Source: an uncultured Deinococcales bacterium (GTDB lineage Bacteria; Deinococcota; Deinococci; Deinococcales; JAAFIG01). Taken from it: a DNA stretch of 28,216 nucleotides. Location of the stretch: NCBI GenBank assembly GCA_964247135.1, contig CAXTTL010000033.1, forward strand, positions 1 to 28,216, in the 5' to 3' direction. The position numbers and the translations under genes were made by a program. The notes under the pieces are model-generated. The model did no database searches. It was not told the origin of the DNA and saw nothing but the letters and a program-made list of their open reading frames with translations. Each line of letters opens with the position of its first letter. Position 1 is the first letter of the stretch. Of this stretch, positions 26,568 through 28,216 are shown in pieces.

Positions 26568-27851
26568 TTGACCCCGCTCGAGTTTAGAAGTGCGCTCGAG
26601 AAAGGGTTGGGACGAGCGATTTTGTACTTGCAGAAGAGTGACCCAGCACCGTTTTTTGATGTGATTCTCGATGCGAGTGTCAGAAATACGGTTTACGATA
26701 AGCATTATTTCGGTGCAAATAAAGCCGAATACTTGCTCGAGATTTTTGAATTGACAGGGCGATCTGATGAATTGATTGAGGCAATGCTAAAAGCCTATGA
26801 CGATTTTGATTTGGAAGAACGTCCTGATACCAAATTGATTATGGAGATTGCCAAACGCGGCAATGCCAAAGCACGTCGGCTTGTTAAACAGGATTTTCTG
26901 ATTGAACTCGACGAGAAATCAAAATATGCAGGCGGAGATTTAATCAAAGTTGGTGGCGCGAGTGCTTTCTTGTACGTTGCAAAACGTTTGGGACGTTTGG
27001 TAAAAACTGATCCAGCTTTTCAACCTGTGTCGTACTATTTGCGTGATCTGCGTTCACTTGATCTCAAGGAAAACAGTGAACCTAAACTTCCAGCCATTCT
27101 CGAGAAAGCACGGCTCGAAAACTCAGATGTTGACACACACTTGACTTATATTGAAGCGCAGCTAGTCAAACCAGAGCGGAAATTTGTTCGATACGAGCAA
27201 CTATCGTATCCAGAAACAAAAGCGCGGATTGAAGACCCACAGGATACTTCTTCGGTTGGATATTCCTGGTGGGGCGAATATGCTTCGTATCAAGAATTAA
27301 GAATGGCAGCAAATGATCTTTTGTTAGAAACACAGCCTGAGCGAATACGTCTGTATCTCGAAGTTTTTCGAGATCGTTGCTTTCCTTTGGGCTACACAAA
27401 ACTGATGCCTTTCATAGACCATGAAGACCCAAAAGTTGTTAGAGCAGCAATGCAAGCTCTAGGAAGCATAAAGCATAAAACCATTCGAGTCGAAGCGCTT
27501 AGACGTTTAACTTCATCTGAATGGGCTTGGGAAGCGCTTTGGATGTTACGCCGAAATTATCTTCCCGAGGACGCGAAACTGTTTACGGAAATCATTCAAG
27601 AATCTAACGATGAAGAAATTGAATTACTTGGACATCAAATGCACAGGGTACTTGAGGAAAACTGTAGTCCTGAAGCGCTTGAGCCAATCCAAGCCATTTA
27701 CGAGTCTGGTTCTTGCGTTGCGCTCCGAGCCAGTGTCGTAGAACTTCTGCAAGAACATAATCTTTTGCCAGATTGGATGCTTGAGGAATGCTGTTGGGAT
27801 AGTTACCAACACTTTCGTAAAAAAGCTCGAACTTGGGCAAACTATCCTTAA
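26568..27851 (+). CDS. Hypothetical alpha-helical protein with a HEAT-like repeat
   Basis: 427-aa ORF, AT-richer than its neighbours; LMPFIDHEDPKVVRAAMQALGSI is HEAT-like. Confidence 0.75.
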   Translation: MTPLEFRSALEKGLGRAILYLQKSDPAPFFDVILDASVRNTVYDKHYFGANKAEYLLEIFELTGRSDELIEAMLKAYDDFDLEERPDTKLIMEIAKRGNAKARRLVKQDFLIELDEKSKYAGGDLIKVGGASAFLYVAKRLGRLVKTDPAFQPVSYYLRDLRSLDLKENSEPKLPAILEKARLENSDVDTHLTYIEAQLVKPERKFVRYEQLSYPETKARIEDPQDTSSVGYSWWGEYASYQELRMAANDLLLETQPERIRLYLEVFRDRCFPLGYTKLMPFIDHEDPKVVRAAMQALGSIKHKTIRVEALRRLTSSEWAWEALWMLRRNYLPEDAKLFTEIIQESNDEEIELLGHQMHRVLEENCSPEALEPIQAIYESGSCVALRASVVELLQEHNLLPDWMLEECCWDSYQHFRKKARTWANYP

Positions 27852-27974
27852 AACCTTGCATCAACATAATCTCGAGATTGGAACTATTCAGTCTTGAGGT
27901 TTTCTTTTATCCTCCAAAAATCCCGTCCCAGTCTCGAGATTCCCACCCTCCCCAACACCGTGCGGCAAAAGCCC

Positions 27975-28003
27975 TTGCCTGAATGCAACCTTTGGTGTAC
28001 ACT
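27975..28003 (+). promoter_or_regulatory. Sigma70-type promoter for tuf
   Basis: TTGCCT-17 nt-TACACT. Confidence 0.6.
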
Positions 28004-28161
28004 TCCAAAGTTTCTGCCTCGGGTTTCTCGAGACGTTAGCACCACATCTCGCTCTGAAAGTTTACTTTCGGGCACATTGACAAGCGGCATTAGGATTTCG
28101 CGCCCAAGATTGGGCATAGCTCGAGTGCGTCATGTACTCGAGGGATTGAGGAGACGCAGTT

Positions 28162-28216
28162 ATGGCGAAGGGTACTTTCGAGCGCACCAAACCACACGTC
28201 AACGTCGGCACCATCG
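28162..28216 (+). CDS. tuf: Elongation factor Tu, N-terminal fragment (runs off the window; absent from the ORF track)
   Basis: MAKGTFERTKPHVNVGTI, preceded by SD GAGGAG at 28148-28153. Confidence 0.97.
   Translation, partial: MAKGTFERTKPHVNVGTI

Larger units (their letters stand above)
1..28216. repeat. Highly iterated hexameric palindrome CTCGAG dispersed through coding and intergenic DNA
   Basis: Manual tally of about 49 copies in bases 1-6000, versus about 1.5 expected for a random hexamer; similar density by eye across the rest of the window. Confidence 0.97.

Noticed and set aside
28077-28082. Perfect TTGACA as the tuf -35 element
   Set aside because: No -10-like hexamer at 16-18 nt spacing; TTGCCT-17-TACACT upstream fits better.
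27852-28161. tRNA cluster upstream of tuf, as in tufB operons
   Set aside because: No cloverleaf, T-loop (GGTTCGAATCC-like) or CCA-terminated tRNA pattern was found.
1-28216. CTCGAG repeats as a CRISPR array or a cloning/XhoI artefact
   Set aside because: Spacing is irregular, there is no 23-50 nt repeat unit, and the sites lie in-frame within intact conserved genes such as polA and gatC.

Overview
Chromosomal segment of a Deinococcota bacterium. The assignment is inferred from a Deinococcus-type EF-Tu N-terminus, a stand-alone gatC, a Taq-like PolA, many leaderless -10 promoters and a candidate DdrO operator; GC looks only about 50% by eye, low for Deinococcus. Housekeeping genes (gatC, slyD, infC, polA, an RlmI-like methyltransferase, the start of tuf) are mixed with accessory genes. 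These include two TA-like pairs (Xis-like HTH/PIN and small protein/zeta-like ATPase), a Uma2 endonuclease, a diguanylate cyclase, and an Lrp-linked EamA/GNAT/cysteine-hydrolase cluster. Main findings: (1) the palindrome CTCGAG is extremely over-represented (about 1 per 120 bp), and at least two gene remnants appear to have their breakpoints at this site, suggesting a HIP-like recombinogenic motif; (2) a nucleotidyltransferase fused to a lasso-peptide B2 protease domain lies directly behind polA with no lasso cluster in the window; (3) an RDRM-like operator sits in the polA promoter; (4) infC probably starts at a non-canonical GTA codon and has an Asp/His-rich tail. No rRNA, tRNA, CRISPR array or intact transposase was seen. 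All family calls come from motif recognition by eye, not database searches.
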